A DNA stretch of 64,000 nucleotides, from the NCBI GenBank assembly GCA_050273025.1, contig CP158635.1, positions 496,001-560,000 of the forward strand, read 5' to 3'. Source of the DNA: Cenococcum geophilum (lineage: Eukaryota). A program made the position numbers and the translations under genes. The notes below the pieces were generated by a model. The model saw only the letters and a list, made by a program, of their open reading frames with translations. It was not told where the DNA came from and made no database searches. Below are positions 52,329-63,735 of this stretch, one piece after another. Position 1 is the stretch's first letter. Each line of letters starts with the position of its first letter.

Positions 52329-55300
52329 CTACTAATATCTATTCTTCTTATAGTCTCCTTAAGACCTATTTAATATATTCCCCGTGTTCTTCCTTAGTTA
52401 TTAAGTAGATAATAATATTATTAAAATATACTATAATAAATTCATCTAAGTATTCTCTTAATACATTATTAATACGCTTCTAAAACATTGCTAGTGCGTT
52501 TATAAGCCTAAATTATATAACTAATAGTTCGTATAGTCCTTCCTTTGACCTAAAAGCTACCTTTTATTTATTGCCTTCCTTAATTCTAATCTAATGGTAC
52601 GTCTATCTTAGATCTATCTTTATAAAAATTTACGCGTTACCTATCCTATCTTAGATTTCGCTAATTAAGGGTAAAGGATACCTATCCTTTCTAGTAATGC
52701 TGTTTAACTATCTATAGTCGATATATAGCCTTAGTTTGCTATTCTTCTTTAGTATAAACAGTACTAGATAACCTGCTAATAACTGCGATGGTCTAATATA
52801 TCCCTTTTATAGGTTTTCTTAGACAAACTCTTTTAATACTCTACCTTCTTCTTTAGTAAGCTTATAGATTAAAAAGAACTTTAGACTTATTCCTAGTTCT
52901 AACTCTATCTTATAGTCCTATACTATATAATTTAATAGCTTTTTACTTTCCGGTAACCATAGTTTCTTACTATATTTGTAGTATCTCTTTAATATATAAC
53001 TTAAGCCTTGCTTAGTTTCTTTATATATCGCTCTAACTTAGTACTATACTAACTTGGCTTATTGTTATACCTTATAGCGTCAAGTATCTCTAATATTAAC
53101 CTAGCCTGTAATCCAATTAATCCTTAGATTGTATTCCTATAACTAAAGTATACCTAATACTGCCTCATCCCTTTCTAATAGTAGGATATCGAAAGACATC
53201 TTAATTTATCTCCCTTTAATAGTTAGCTAAATAGGTCCTATTTCAAGATTAATAATCCCTCCTCTATAGGCTATTGGATCTCCTAAAATTATTACTAATA
53301 GGTAAGGTTCCTCCTTTTGCCTATAAGGTAATCCCATTCTCTTAACTGCTGTTAGCGAGATATAGTTCCTTATTGCTCTACTATCTATTAATGCCTTAAA
53401 CTATTAATCTTGCTATTTAACTTATAAATTTAGGTATTATCCTTAAATTCCTTTAAGGGTCTAAGGCTCTACTACTAGCTCCCTCTAGTCTTGTAGGCCT
53501 TTACTTTTCCTAACTATTAGCTACTTAATCCTTGTGCACTTGGCTTACTCTTTAGCCAATACCTAGTTTGCTTTTTGTCTTTAATATACTATAGATATAT
53601 ATTCTCTAGGTATTCCCACTACTATTATTCGTCTAAGCATTCTTCCGTAAGGAATCTTTCTAGTTAAAGTATTAAGTTGCCTAACTCCTAAACTTCCGCT
53701 AGATGCTAGCTATGCATATACTTAGCATTCCTATATTATTGCTTATCTATTATCCAATATATCCTTATAGGGTATTTCTAATTTTTTTCCTTTAGATTCT
53801 TATACATCTTATATATATCGTCCATATATGCAATCCATAATAGCGTATAGTATGCTAGGTGCTTTAGGTCAACTCTTAGCTCGTCTTTATCCTTAAGTTT
53901 AAACCTTTACTATGCTGATCTAAACGTTGCGACCTCGTTTGTAGGTACTAAGATGCGCTTCTTACTTCTCTAGTCCTCTAATCGTTTCTCTAGATCCTTT
54001 AATATTATGATTAAGGCTCCTTTAATGTGACTTATAGCCTTCTCTATAATTAGGTAGTCTTAGATAACTTTTTTATCTAACTATATATAGAAATCTTCCT
54101 ACTCATCATTGTGTTGTTGTCTATACTACTTTTAGTATAGCTACTAGAGTGTATACGGCTTGTCTGTAAGGAAGTATCTTCTTATTACTATGTTGTAACA
54201 GCCCTTAGTATGTCGTTCTTTGAACCTAGTAGGAATTCCTAAATCCTCTTTATTTTCCAGTTCGGTAAGCTACTTAGCTCTTAGTATGCCTGCCCTAGGC
54301 CTATTAGTAATTCTTTATATTAGCGCTCTGTCCTTTATATGTCCCAATATGCTAGATCTCTTATCTAGTTTCTATTCTTACTATGCGATAATTCTTTGCC
54401 TAAATTTCTCTATAGTTTCCTTTAGTTTATATCTTACGTTTAGATTCTTAAAATCTTTTTACTTCTTAATCTTGGTATTAACTTTTCAATCTTTAGTCTA
54501 AACACTGTATTCTACTAGTAAGTCCTTTAGGTCCATATATCTGTCTTTTAGTCTAGTTACTGTTTATATCGCAGATTCTCTAATTTATAAAGAAGCCCTT
54601 TACCTCTTATCTGTGGGTGTTCTGATTTGTACCCTAAATTCTTAACCCCTTAGATTCTTTAATCCTAAGCTTACTTTTAACTTAAGCTTAGCTCTAGCCT
54701 TAGTCTAACTAGGCTTACTTAGTGTTCTTATCTCGTCTTAAGAGTCTTAAATCTTACTTATCTTGTCTTAAGAGTCTTATACCTATGGGAAACTTCGTCC
54801 CAAGCTTATTCGTATATCTTTAAACTAAGCTACTGCTCTGCTTTATTGGTTTTCGTCTATTATAGGTCTTTAAGCTTGCCTTATCTCGTCTTAAGAATCT
54901 TGGTCGTCTTTTATCTTATCTTAAGAATCTTAAGCCTTTGGCCTTTTGCCTTTATTAAGTGCCGAAGTAGTTTGCTGTCCTACTTCTCTTATATCTTATA
55001 AAGCGATAGACATTGTGTCTAGTGGGGTTTTGATCCCTACTAATATTCCCTATTCTATAGTAGAATTATCCTCTACCTCTAGTGTAACATCTTTAATGGC
55101 TACGTGTTCCTAATAAACCGCTCTTATTACCTTATTGTTACGAAATATTTCGCCTATATTAAAATTATTGTCCTTAATATCCGATCTATAAACTGGTTCA
55201 TTGGTTCCCCTATATCCTGTAGGTGCTAGCTCCTATAGCTAGTAGCTTGCGCCGTACTTAGCGTCTTTATAAATTTGGTATATATTGTTATAACAAAACG

Positions 55301-57184
55301 CAAAACTTTTAATTAAACACTCTTTTGTTCCTTGTAGTATATTATTATCCCTCTATACGTATATATTGTCTGCTGTTAGTCTAGTTCCCTTTATTATATA
55401 GTATCTCTAACTATCTTTATAATCCCTTACGAAGTGACCTTGTTTTCTGTAATTTATATAAGCTCCCTCTCTAAACTATTACTTTTGCTATAGAGTCTGC
55501 CTAAACGTCTTCTACTGCTGAGATCCCTGGTTTGGCCTCTACTCCTTAGACCTTTAATTACTTAATCCTTATCCTCTAGGTTTCTACGGTTTTTTGCTCC
55601 ATCTCTTATAGGCTTTTTTAGTACTACTTAGGTCTATTAGCTCTGCGCCATACTATAATTTTTAATTTAGCTTTGGTTGTTATATACTCTGCGCCTTATA
55701 TAATTATAGAACTCTATTTTAACCTCTCTTAGCCTATTCCCTTTAGTAGATCTAATTGTTAATCTTAATCGCTTAATCTATTAGTTCCCTTAGGGTGTCC
55801 GTATCTTTTATTAGAATAATTACGTCCTAGACTTTAGCCTTAAGTCCCTATTTATACTATACTATAAGCGCCCTATTATTCTACTTTACTTATATTGCTA
55901 ATATTTAGAACTATATTATATACTTAATTGCTAAGGTTCGTTACGTAATATCTTAGAGTTTTCTTTTTATTATAGTTACTGCCTCTAGGTCTCTAAATAT
56001 TTGTATAAGTCGCTCTATAAATCCGTTCTAGCTTAAGAACATAAACTGTACCTCTTAGTTTATAGTTATCATTTTATTTACCTGGATTTCTATAAGGTAA
56101 GGCTTAAACTATTTAAGTACTTTCCCTATTAAGAACAATCCTGCGTACGCTATTTAATCCATAGGTATTGCTAGCTTAGCTCCTTCTTACGCTACCTTAA
56201 AGTATATTTACGTAAGGAATCCTTTAAGCTTTAATCTCTTTCCTAAGTATCTTTTAATCAATAGTAACTTAACCTTTGCTGCGCCTATCCTGTTAATCCT
56301 ATTTTCCAACGTTATATTATTTTCTGTTAGCTAGTCAACTATCTCTTATAGCTGTCCAACCGTTACAGGTTGCTATAAGTTAGTATCTGCTATACTAGTA
56401 TCGTTACCTAACCTTAAAGTAGTTGCCGCCGTTAATAGCGTTATGGTGGCTGCTTTTAGTGGTATATTATCCAACTTATTGTATTTAATACTGTAACTAG
56501 GTAGTAATTGTGTAACGGAACCTTGTAGTAAGAACTACGGTAGGTCCTGTTATTGGGCTAAGTATATAGGAAATGCAAGTATAAAAGTTAACAACGTAAT
56601 AATAACTGGTGGAGTGGTTGCCTAATAGATTAACTCTAATTGTATTCTAAGAATTACTATAAGGAAGGAACTATCTAGGTAGGGACTAAGGGTCCTTAAA
56701 TATACAACCGTACTCCTAAGAAATCCTTCTTATACGTGATATATGTATACTCTATCTGCTCTATTATAGATTATATAGATCCTATAGATTATACAGATTA
56801 CCCTACGTGACCTTGGTTACCATTCCTCGTTATATAGCTCTATCGGCTCCATCTTAGACTATGCCTAAATTAACCAACTAGCTTCTTCCGACTCTTCCCT
56901 AAATAGTCGTAATATTGTACTTAAAGCGTCCGTAACATAGACCCTTAGAGAGGAATCTAGCTCAAGGCTCTGTAATTGGCTACATTAGCTAGCGCAAGCG
57001 CTAGCGCCGCAGGCGGCGTGCTACCTACTACTGATTGGCCTATAAGTACCTATAAGTTGCAAGGGTGCTAAATATAGGCCCCTGTGGCGCAGCGCCAGCC
57101 GCTAATTAGCTCATAAGTATATATAAGTTCGTAGGCCCGGGCCGAATTCCTCTCCGAGGGTCTAAGTTAACTGAGATAACCGTA

Positions 57185-57495
57185 CGCAGAGCTTCGCGTA
57201 GAGCCTTGTGTAGAGCCTCTATACGTAGAGCTTCGTGCAGAGCTTTGTGCAGAGCTCCGTGCAGAGCTTCGTGCAGAGCCTTGTGCAGAGCTTCGTGCAG
57301 AGCCTCCGTACGCAGAGCTTCGCGCAGAGCCTCTGTACGTAGAGCTTTGTGTAGAGCTTCGTGTAGAGCTTCGTGTAGAGCTTCGTGTAGACCTCCGTGT
57401 AGACCTTCGTGTAGAGCTTCGTGTAGACCTTCGTGTAGACCTTCGTGTAGAGCCTTGTGCAGAGCCTTGTGTAGAGCCTTATGTAGAGCCTCTAA
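57185..57495. repeat. 12-bp minisatellite (reverse-complement orientation, GTGYAGAGCTTC)
   Basis: Continuation of the array interrupted at 38763. Confidence 0.9.
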
Positions 57496-58328
57496 GTAAT
57501 AAGACTATATAAGATTATATAAGATTGCGTAATTAGTATATAACTTTACCTTAATTGCATATCAAGAAATATGCAGTTAGCTTTTAAAGTTGTTAAATAG
57601 GTTAACTGCGTATTAAGGAATATAAGTAGGTTAACTGCGTGTTATTTAACTTTTAAATATATTAAGTTAGTCAATTGCGTATTAAGTTAGTTAAATTATA
57701 TGTTAAGTTGGTCAATTGCGTATTAAGTTAGTTAAATTGCGTATTAAGTTGGTCAATTGCGTGTTAAGTTAGTTAATTACGTGTCAAGTTAGTCAAATTG
57801 CATGTTAATTACGCGAAACGCGCTATACAAAGTCTACTTAAATCTCATCCTGCCAATATTTTCCCGATATAGGGACTATAGTCCTTTAAAATATATAATA
57901 CCGCGCCTAATAAATATACTAAGTATATTAGTACGTTAGTATATTGGTACGTCCTACGTTCCTCTATTCCCACGTTCCTATATTCCGAACTTATAACGCA
58001 ACTAACCACGTAACTCAGTCTTATAGCTTAACTAGCCCTAGCACCTCCCATACTTCCACCACTAGTCTATTTATATCTCTCCTTAATAGTGCTACTGCTG
58101 CTAATATAAGGTCCGTAACAACTACCTCTCTACTTTATTATAACCTCTACTATTCCGGATAAGGCCGCTTAAAGAGGTATGTAAGTCTTTCTATATAAAG
58201 AAACGCATTAAGTATTATAAATATTAGTTAGTAATATAAAATTAAAAAGAGCCTTATTATAACCTTACTAAGAGAACACCTAATTACAGAGCTGAAGAAA
58301 ATAAGTCAAAGGCGTCGCGGTCGCATTA

Positions 58329-58557
58329 ACGTGGTTAACGGGGTTTTGACCGCTCCCTGAGTTATGACCGTTTTGAACATCAAAACTTTACCTAGGTTAT
58401 ATCTATCACGCCTAGGTAAGCCTTATCACGACACACCGCCTTTTAAATGTATGTGTTACTTTAATTTTGGCAGAACAACAAAACTTTACTTAAAACAGCA
58501 GGCGGTACGCTAGCGCGGTCATAACCCAGGGAGCGGTCAAAACCCCGTTAACCACGT
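58329..58557. mobile_element. pogo/Fot1-type MITE (229 bp)
   Basis: 42-bp TIR ACGTGGTTAACGGGGTTTTGACCGCTCCCTGRGTTATGACCG with one mismatch; TA on both sides. Confidence 0.9.
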
Positions 58558-58952
58558 TACGAGTTAAGGTTGTTCGAATATTTCCATTTGATATGGGCGA
58601 TCGATCTACATACGGCTAGTAGAAGGCTTGATCGACACGCACTTACATCGAGATGTGACAAGGTGGTCTACGTATCCACGTAATCGCGCAAGGCTGAATG
58701 GGGAGCAGGGAACTGTCTGGGGCTCGACCACCGGTCTATGCGGCTGTGATGCCGAATAGCTGCATTTGGTGGAACGAATAAAAAACCGCCACATCACCCT
58801 CGCCAAGAAGCCTCTCAATGGCTCGCCGTGGCTTCTAGGAGATTTACTACCACAAATTCGCATAATCTCCAAGGTGAGTCGTCTTCCCTCTTTATTGCGA
58901 GTATCTATCGGCGAGGAATACTGCGCGACTGTAGTCACGTGCTGTCACCAGT

Positions 58953-61900
58953 ATGTTTAAGTTTGGCAAGAGCCGGAAGAATTACTCTACGGCGCAACCT
59001 GGCCCTATTGCGCCTCGGCCTAGTAGTACCGAAAAATATGGGTTGTTTCCCTTGAAGGCGGGGGCGCTATCTGAGGCGACAAACTCGCTGGTAGAGTAAG
59101 AATGTTATAGCACGATAGAAAGGGGCGAGGCTGACTACTGTAGTATTGTGGCTATTCATGGCCTTAACGGAGATGCTTTCGGGACGTGGACAGATAAGGA
59201 AGCCGACGACCAAAACGCTAAAGAGCTTTGGCTGGAGACTTTGTTGCCCCAAGCTATTCCGGAATCGCGGATCATGACTTTTGGGTATAATTCTGCTGTT
59301 ACTAATAGTGTGTCCGTAAGCAAGATAGAGGATTTTGCGACGGATTTGCTTATACGGCTTAATGGGGCGCGGAACACAGAGGAGGTAAGCTTTTTGGAGA
59401 GGTTATGGCTATATGGAAGGTACTAATTTGTCGAGTGTGGAAAACGTCCATTGATATTTATCTGTCATAGTTTGGGAGGACTTGTCTTCAAGAAGGTATA
59501 TAACAAACACTCCAGTTTTGTGAAATAGCTATTAATTTTCGTATAGGCTTTAGTTCTGGCACATGAAGCTAGGATCCATTTTGGCGATGTTTTGGATTCA
59601 TGCTATGGGGTCATGTTCCTGGGGACCCCGCATAGGGGATCAAATCATGCCTCGTGGCCAGCTACGCTTTCTGAAATTGTTAACACGGTGACTTGGACAA
59701 AAAGGCTCAGATCGGATCTTCTGAAAAACTTGAATGTCAATGCAGATGGCCTGATGACACTTTCACGACAGTCTGTACAGAGGCTGGCTCCCCTAAAAGT
59801 CCTCACTTGTGTGGAACAGAACGTGATACCACCTCTATCAACTGTGGTAAGTGTGTCTATGGAGTGCGCTGAAAGAGTATTAACTATTGTTCAGATAGTA
59901 CCGCCGGAATCCGCTGTTCTGGCCATCAGGAACGAATTCGTCATTCCTGTAAATGGCAATCATCGAACGATGTGCACGTTTTCTACCAACCAACCCCAAA
60001 AATTCCAGCCTGTTCGTGATGCATTGGTAGGGATGTGTCAAGATGCTCTTCAATCGGCTCAAGCAGCACATTCGCCTCCAGTGAACATCACAACACCGAT
60101 CCCAGATAGGCCAGCTTTGACCAATAGCTCATCCCAAAGCAGTATCATTCTCACACCTAGTAGCTCAACACCTCGTTCAGTCATTCACCAACAACCCACT
60201 AGCATGTCCTCAGGCTCTTCAATCCTGCATCGTAACATTTCTGTGCCTCAAACACCTTCTGTATCACCAACACAGTTATTACAGGGTGACACCGACGCTT
60301 ACCAAAATACTCTTCGAAGCTGCCGGGACCAGCCCGAGGCAAAATTGATCGTATGTGGCATGCACAGGCGCAACTCTGGAGGTGTATACGAAGACTTTGA
60401 AGGAACTTTCGTAGTTCCTCAGGACACTGAGGTCAATGACATACCTGAATTTATTCGCACCCAAAGTAAGTCAAGCAAACAGCTAGTGGAAAGCTCAACT
60501 ACTAAATCTGTAACTGTAAGACGTCGGTTTCTTGAAGGAGTACACTATTGGGCCTTGTGAATATAGGGCGGACATTGCTTTTCTTGGCGAAAGCTCTGTT
60601 ATCAGCAAGACTCGTTCTGACTATGAAACATCAACTATTGAAGTGGTTGCTGGAGCGCCATCGTTCAACGTTTCCAGAGGTTTGAGAATCAACAGAAAGC
60701 AACGATTTGCCGAATTTTTCAGCAAGCTCTACCCCGATACCTCTAATCCGAGCCTTGAAGGCGGAGAGTCCTCTTTGCGTCGTCCTACCAACAATACTAT
60801 TCGATTTGGTCCAAACCGCAATTCGCGGTGCTTGCGTATTTCTTTTATGAGGACTGTTCGAATCCCGCAAGATGGGAAAGATCACAAGCTTCCACCAGGC
60901 CTTGGCAAATTTCCCCTTTTCAGCGTAAAGGACTTCGAAAGAAAACTCCCCAGAGAAATGATCTCCAAAGGGGGTATATTCTTTCCAATGTATCGTATGT
61001 CAACCCTCTGAACACCCAACCTGTTGAAAGGCACTGGAATTAATCAGACCCCCACAGAACGAGAGGCGATGTGGGTCATGTTTGACTGTCCAAAAGATCA
61101 ACATTATGTCATCCGACCGTTTGTTGGTGGTGTTAACGGCATATCAGGAGAACCAATGATTGGAGATATGCTCTCACTGATGCGGCGCTTCAACAGAGTC
61201 ACGCAGGAACAAGATTATGTTGTTGTACCTGAACAGCCGTGGTTAGATGGAATTGCGATCTCTCCGGGCAAAGTTGCCCAATTTGTAGCAACTGCCGTCA
61301 AAGGTACTGACGACAGTGGAGGCAGATTCGACAGGTCTCGAGCACCACAAGCACCAATGTCTCAGTCCTTTGGGCCGAGATCGATCGAGTATGAAGTGAC
61401 TAAGAGAGATGTAGTGGGTGGCTTTCAGCTTCAAATCATTCCCCAATACAATACGACTCGAATGTCATTCTCGAACGAGCAGGATGTTTGCTTTATTGGC
61501 GAGACTTCAGAGTCTGCACAACCAATACGCCACGTAAACGCAAGCAAGTACGACGTGTTAAAGAATTCAATCGATCTTGGGCTTGAGGTGGGAACTAAGG
61601 TATATGTCAAGGACGTCGGAGAAACTCGAAAGGCACCTAGAACGAAGGTTGTTCGGGACATGTGGGATGAGATTGCAGAAGCACAACTCTACGCCCAGGA
61701 AATCAAGATAGAAATACACTATCTAGAAACGCAGAGACCACCCGTTCCTCAGAGCGAAGTCATTGTTACTGAAGTCGGCGGACAGGAAATTGAACTTGAG
61801 GTAAATTCGTCCTTATTTCTTCTAAACGGACTAACAAGAAGACAGATAGAAGGTAACTCAACCTCTATGGCTTTGCGTGACCTACTTTACAGAAGCTTTC

Positions 61901-63735
61901 CTGTTACAAAGGACGACTCGTATGGTATTCTCATAGCCGGAGCCGTAAGTAATCAGCCAGCAGCTATGATAGAAGCTGGCACTGTGTTCGACTTTCTTCT
62001 CCTTAAGCGATTCATTTCTGAAGACGCAGCGGAAATGACCGTGAACAATAAGAAGTGTTATCAAGCAACATGGGTACGTACCTCTTTGTAACGCAAGAAA
62101 ATTAGCTGAAGTGTACCCCAGGGGCCACGTAGACTTACGACATCCTGGGAACACCTTTATTGGATCAAGCTACCGGGTGCACGCAATAAGAATGGCGGCT
62201 TTCCTCTTTTCGGCGAACAGATCCTATATATGGATCGTGAGCGTTTGTTTCCCATGGAACATCACATTATCCCTGCCAAGAATTTGAACAAAAACTTCAT
62301 TACAGTAATTCGCAAATACGACGAACGACCGTTAGCAGATCTCCGTGCGCTTATGGGCCTGGAACAATACAGCTCGACTTTGGGGCCAATCAAAATGTTG
62401 TGGATTTGGCAGGAAACAAGCTACCAGATATTTGTAAAAACGCTTACTGGCAGGACGATTACACTCGAAGTCGAGGCCAGCTGCAGCATTGGTACCATTA
62501 AGGCCAAAATCCAAGATAAGGAAGAAATCCCGCCCGATCAGCAACGGCTTATATTTAAGGGTAGGCAACTCGAGGACGGTATGACTCTCTTCCTATTACT
62601 TGTGAAAACTAGCTAATGGTTCCTAAGAGAGATATATCATTCAATATGACATTCAAAGGGTAACTTATAATGCACTTGTTCTCACGTATAGCCTGTCCGC
62701 TAAGACATATTTCTTAGGAAGCCACTCTTCACCTGGTTCTCCGTCTTAGAGGGGGACAACCTCCAGTGTCAGTGCGCCTATCCGATGGAAAGACATTTGA
62801 TGTCGCTATCGGAACCAACTTCACAGTATCCTGGTTAAAAGAGGAAATTCGCGCAAAAGCTGCCATTGCTGTCGATGAACAGGTCCTCATATGGAATAAC
62901 ACTATCCTTAAAGATGGCAAGAATGCACTAGTAAATTTTGACGCTCGAAGTTAACGCAGCACAGGTCGTTTACCCAAGAACATTTTCGAACATACTGTCT
63001 ACGTGGACCTTCGAGCCATCTCACCACTATCCCTTGCTGCCGGCGGAAACATCACGCAGTCCATAGCAGAAGATCACAATGACCCAAGAATGTGGGACGT
63101 TTCTTGCGCCAAGCTCCTCAACATCCAGATCATTAACGCCGCCCACTTTGAAGATGTCACCGGGTTGTTGACACCTGCTACCCCTGTGGATGCCAGAATG
63201 TACCGTGATCTAAAAATGCCTTATTTCGAGATCTATAATGAGAGTCCGTCGAGCGTGGGCGTTGGAAATACAACCTGGCGTAGCGTGACAGCCGCTCTGG
63301 GTTCTGCGCAGGATAGCAATGTGTTGACGTATGATCCTAATAATCCACCAAGGTGCTCCAAATACAACGTGGACTGCTCTAACCTAGCCGATCAATTGTA
63401 AGTTATACCCTCTGGCTTATCTTATTCCACTCTTTATAGAGTTTATTCTCTGCCTGTTATGAAAGTACCAAGCTAAGCACCTCAAATCCAGCGCCCGCCC
63501 CTGCCAACACCTTTTCTGCGACTCTTGCTGGGCAGAATACCGGAACAGACGCAACACCTCGACATGTCCGGATTGTTCGCGGCGAATTGACAGAATGATC
63601 CGGATCTTTAGTCCTGAAGTCCCGGTAAGAGCTAGTATGGATCATGATTCCGCTAAGAATCCAGTTGTGTTGTTGCAGGATTTGGGCGGGGCGGAGCTGC
63701 CGAGGTTTAGGAGTATTCAGGAGGCTAAGGAATAA
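58953..63735 (+). CDS. ~1374-aa multidomain protein: SesB/PGAP1-like alpha/beta-hydrolase, S/P/Q linker, uncharacterised split domain with embedded ubiquitin and UBL, C3HC4 RING finger
   Basis: Predicted exons 58953-59095, 59144-59384, 59436-59495, 59547-59846, 59895-60465, 60521-60994, 61058-61800, 61846-62073, 62122-62578, 62628-62659, 62718-62916, 62965-63397, 63492-63735 (4125 nt, open). Motifs: [79 protein letters not shown]...[16 protein letters not shown]...CPDC. Confidence 0.85.

Larger units (their letters stand above)
48711..56937 (-). mobile_element. Full-length RIPed Gypsy element A (sister family of B)
   Basis: 427-bp LTRs 48711-49137 and 56511-56937; 5-bp TSD TAGAC; PPT 49138-49155; gag zinc knuckle ~55420-55460; protease ALIDSRA ~53380; RT YFNNIIIY ~52415; RNaseH and integrase 50200-51750. 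Confidence 0.95.
38764..57179. mobile_element. Complete AcademH-like DNA transposon (~10.2 kb without the nested Gypsy)
   Basis: TIR TTATCTYAGTTAACTTA at both ends; 8-bp TSD CCGTACGC (38756-38763, 57180-57187); convergent RecQ and DUF6589-type transposase pseudogenes. Confidence 0.85.
37597..57869. mobile_element. Second non-autonomous CACTA-like element, inserted in the 5' LTR of Gypsy B and itself split by the AcademH
   Basis: RIPed TIR TATTGGTAAAATAT / ATATTTTCCCGATA (from CATCGGGAAAATAT); 2-bp TSD TA; internal module (37910-38763 plus 57180-57500) is the reverse complement of the 25508-27370 module. Confidence 0.7.
19621..58120 (-). mobile_element. Gypsy element B (host of most nested insertions); 3' end missing; 5' LTR split into 37432-37596 and 57870-58120
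   Basis: Segments 19621-20446, 22073-24454, 32891-33067 and 35473-37596 are collinear with the element at 48711-56937; RT YLNDIIIY (from YLDD) at ~22457-22480; LTR ends TCCGTAACA at 58120. Confidence 0.85.

Noticed and set aside
1..58300. Starship or other giant cargo element
   Set aside because: No DUF3435 tyrosine-recombinase captain or intact cargo genes recognised; the block is explained by nested ordinary TEs.
58121..58326. Flank between the Gypsy B LTR and the MITE as another TE remnant
   Set aside because: AT-rich and possibly RIPed, but no termini or motifs I can support.
62230..62954. Stand-alone polyubiquitin or ubiquitin-ribosomal fusion gene
   Set aside because: The Ub lacks its own Met, is ~26% diverged from canonical ubiquitin and is in frame with upstream and downstream exons.
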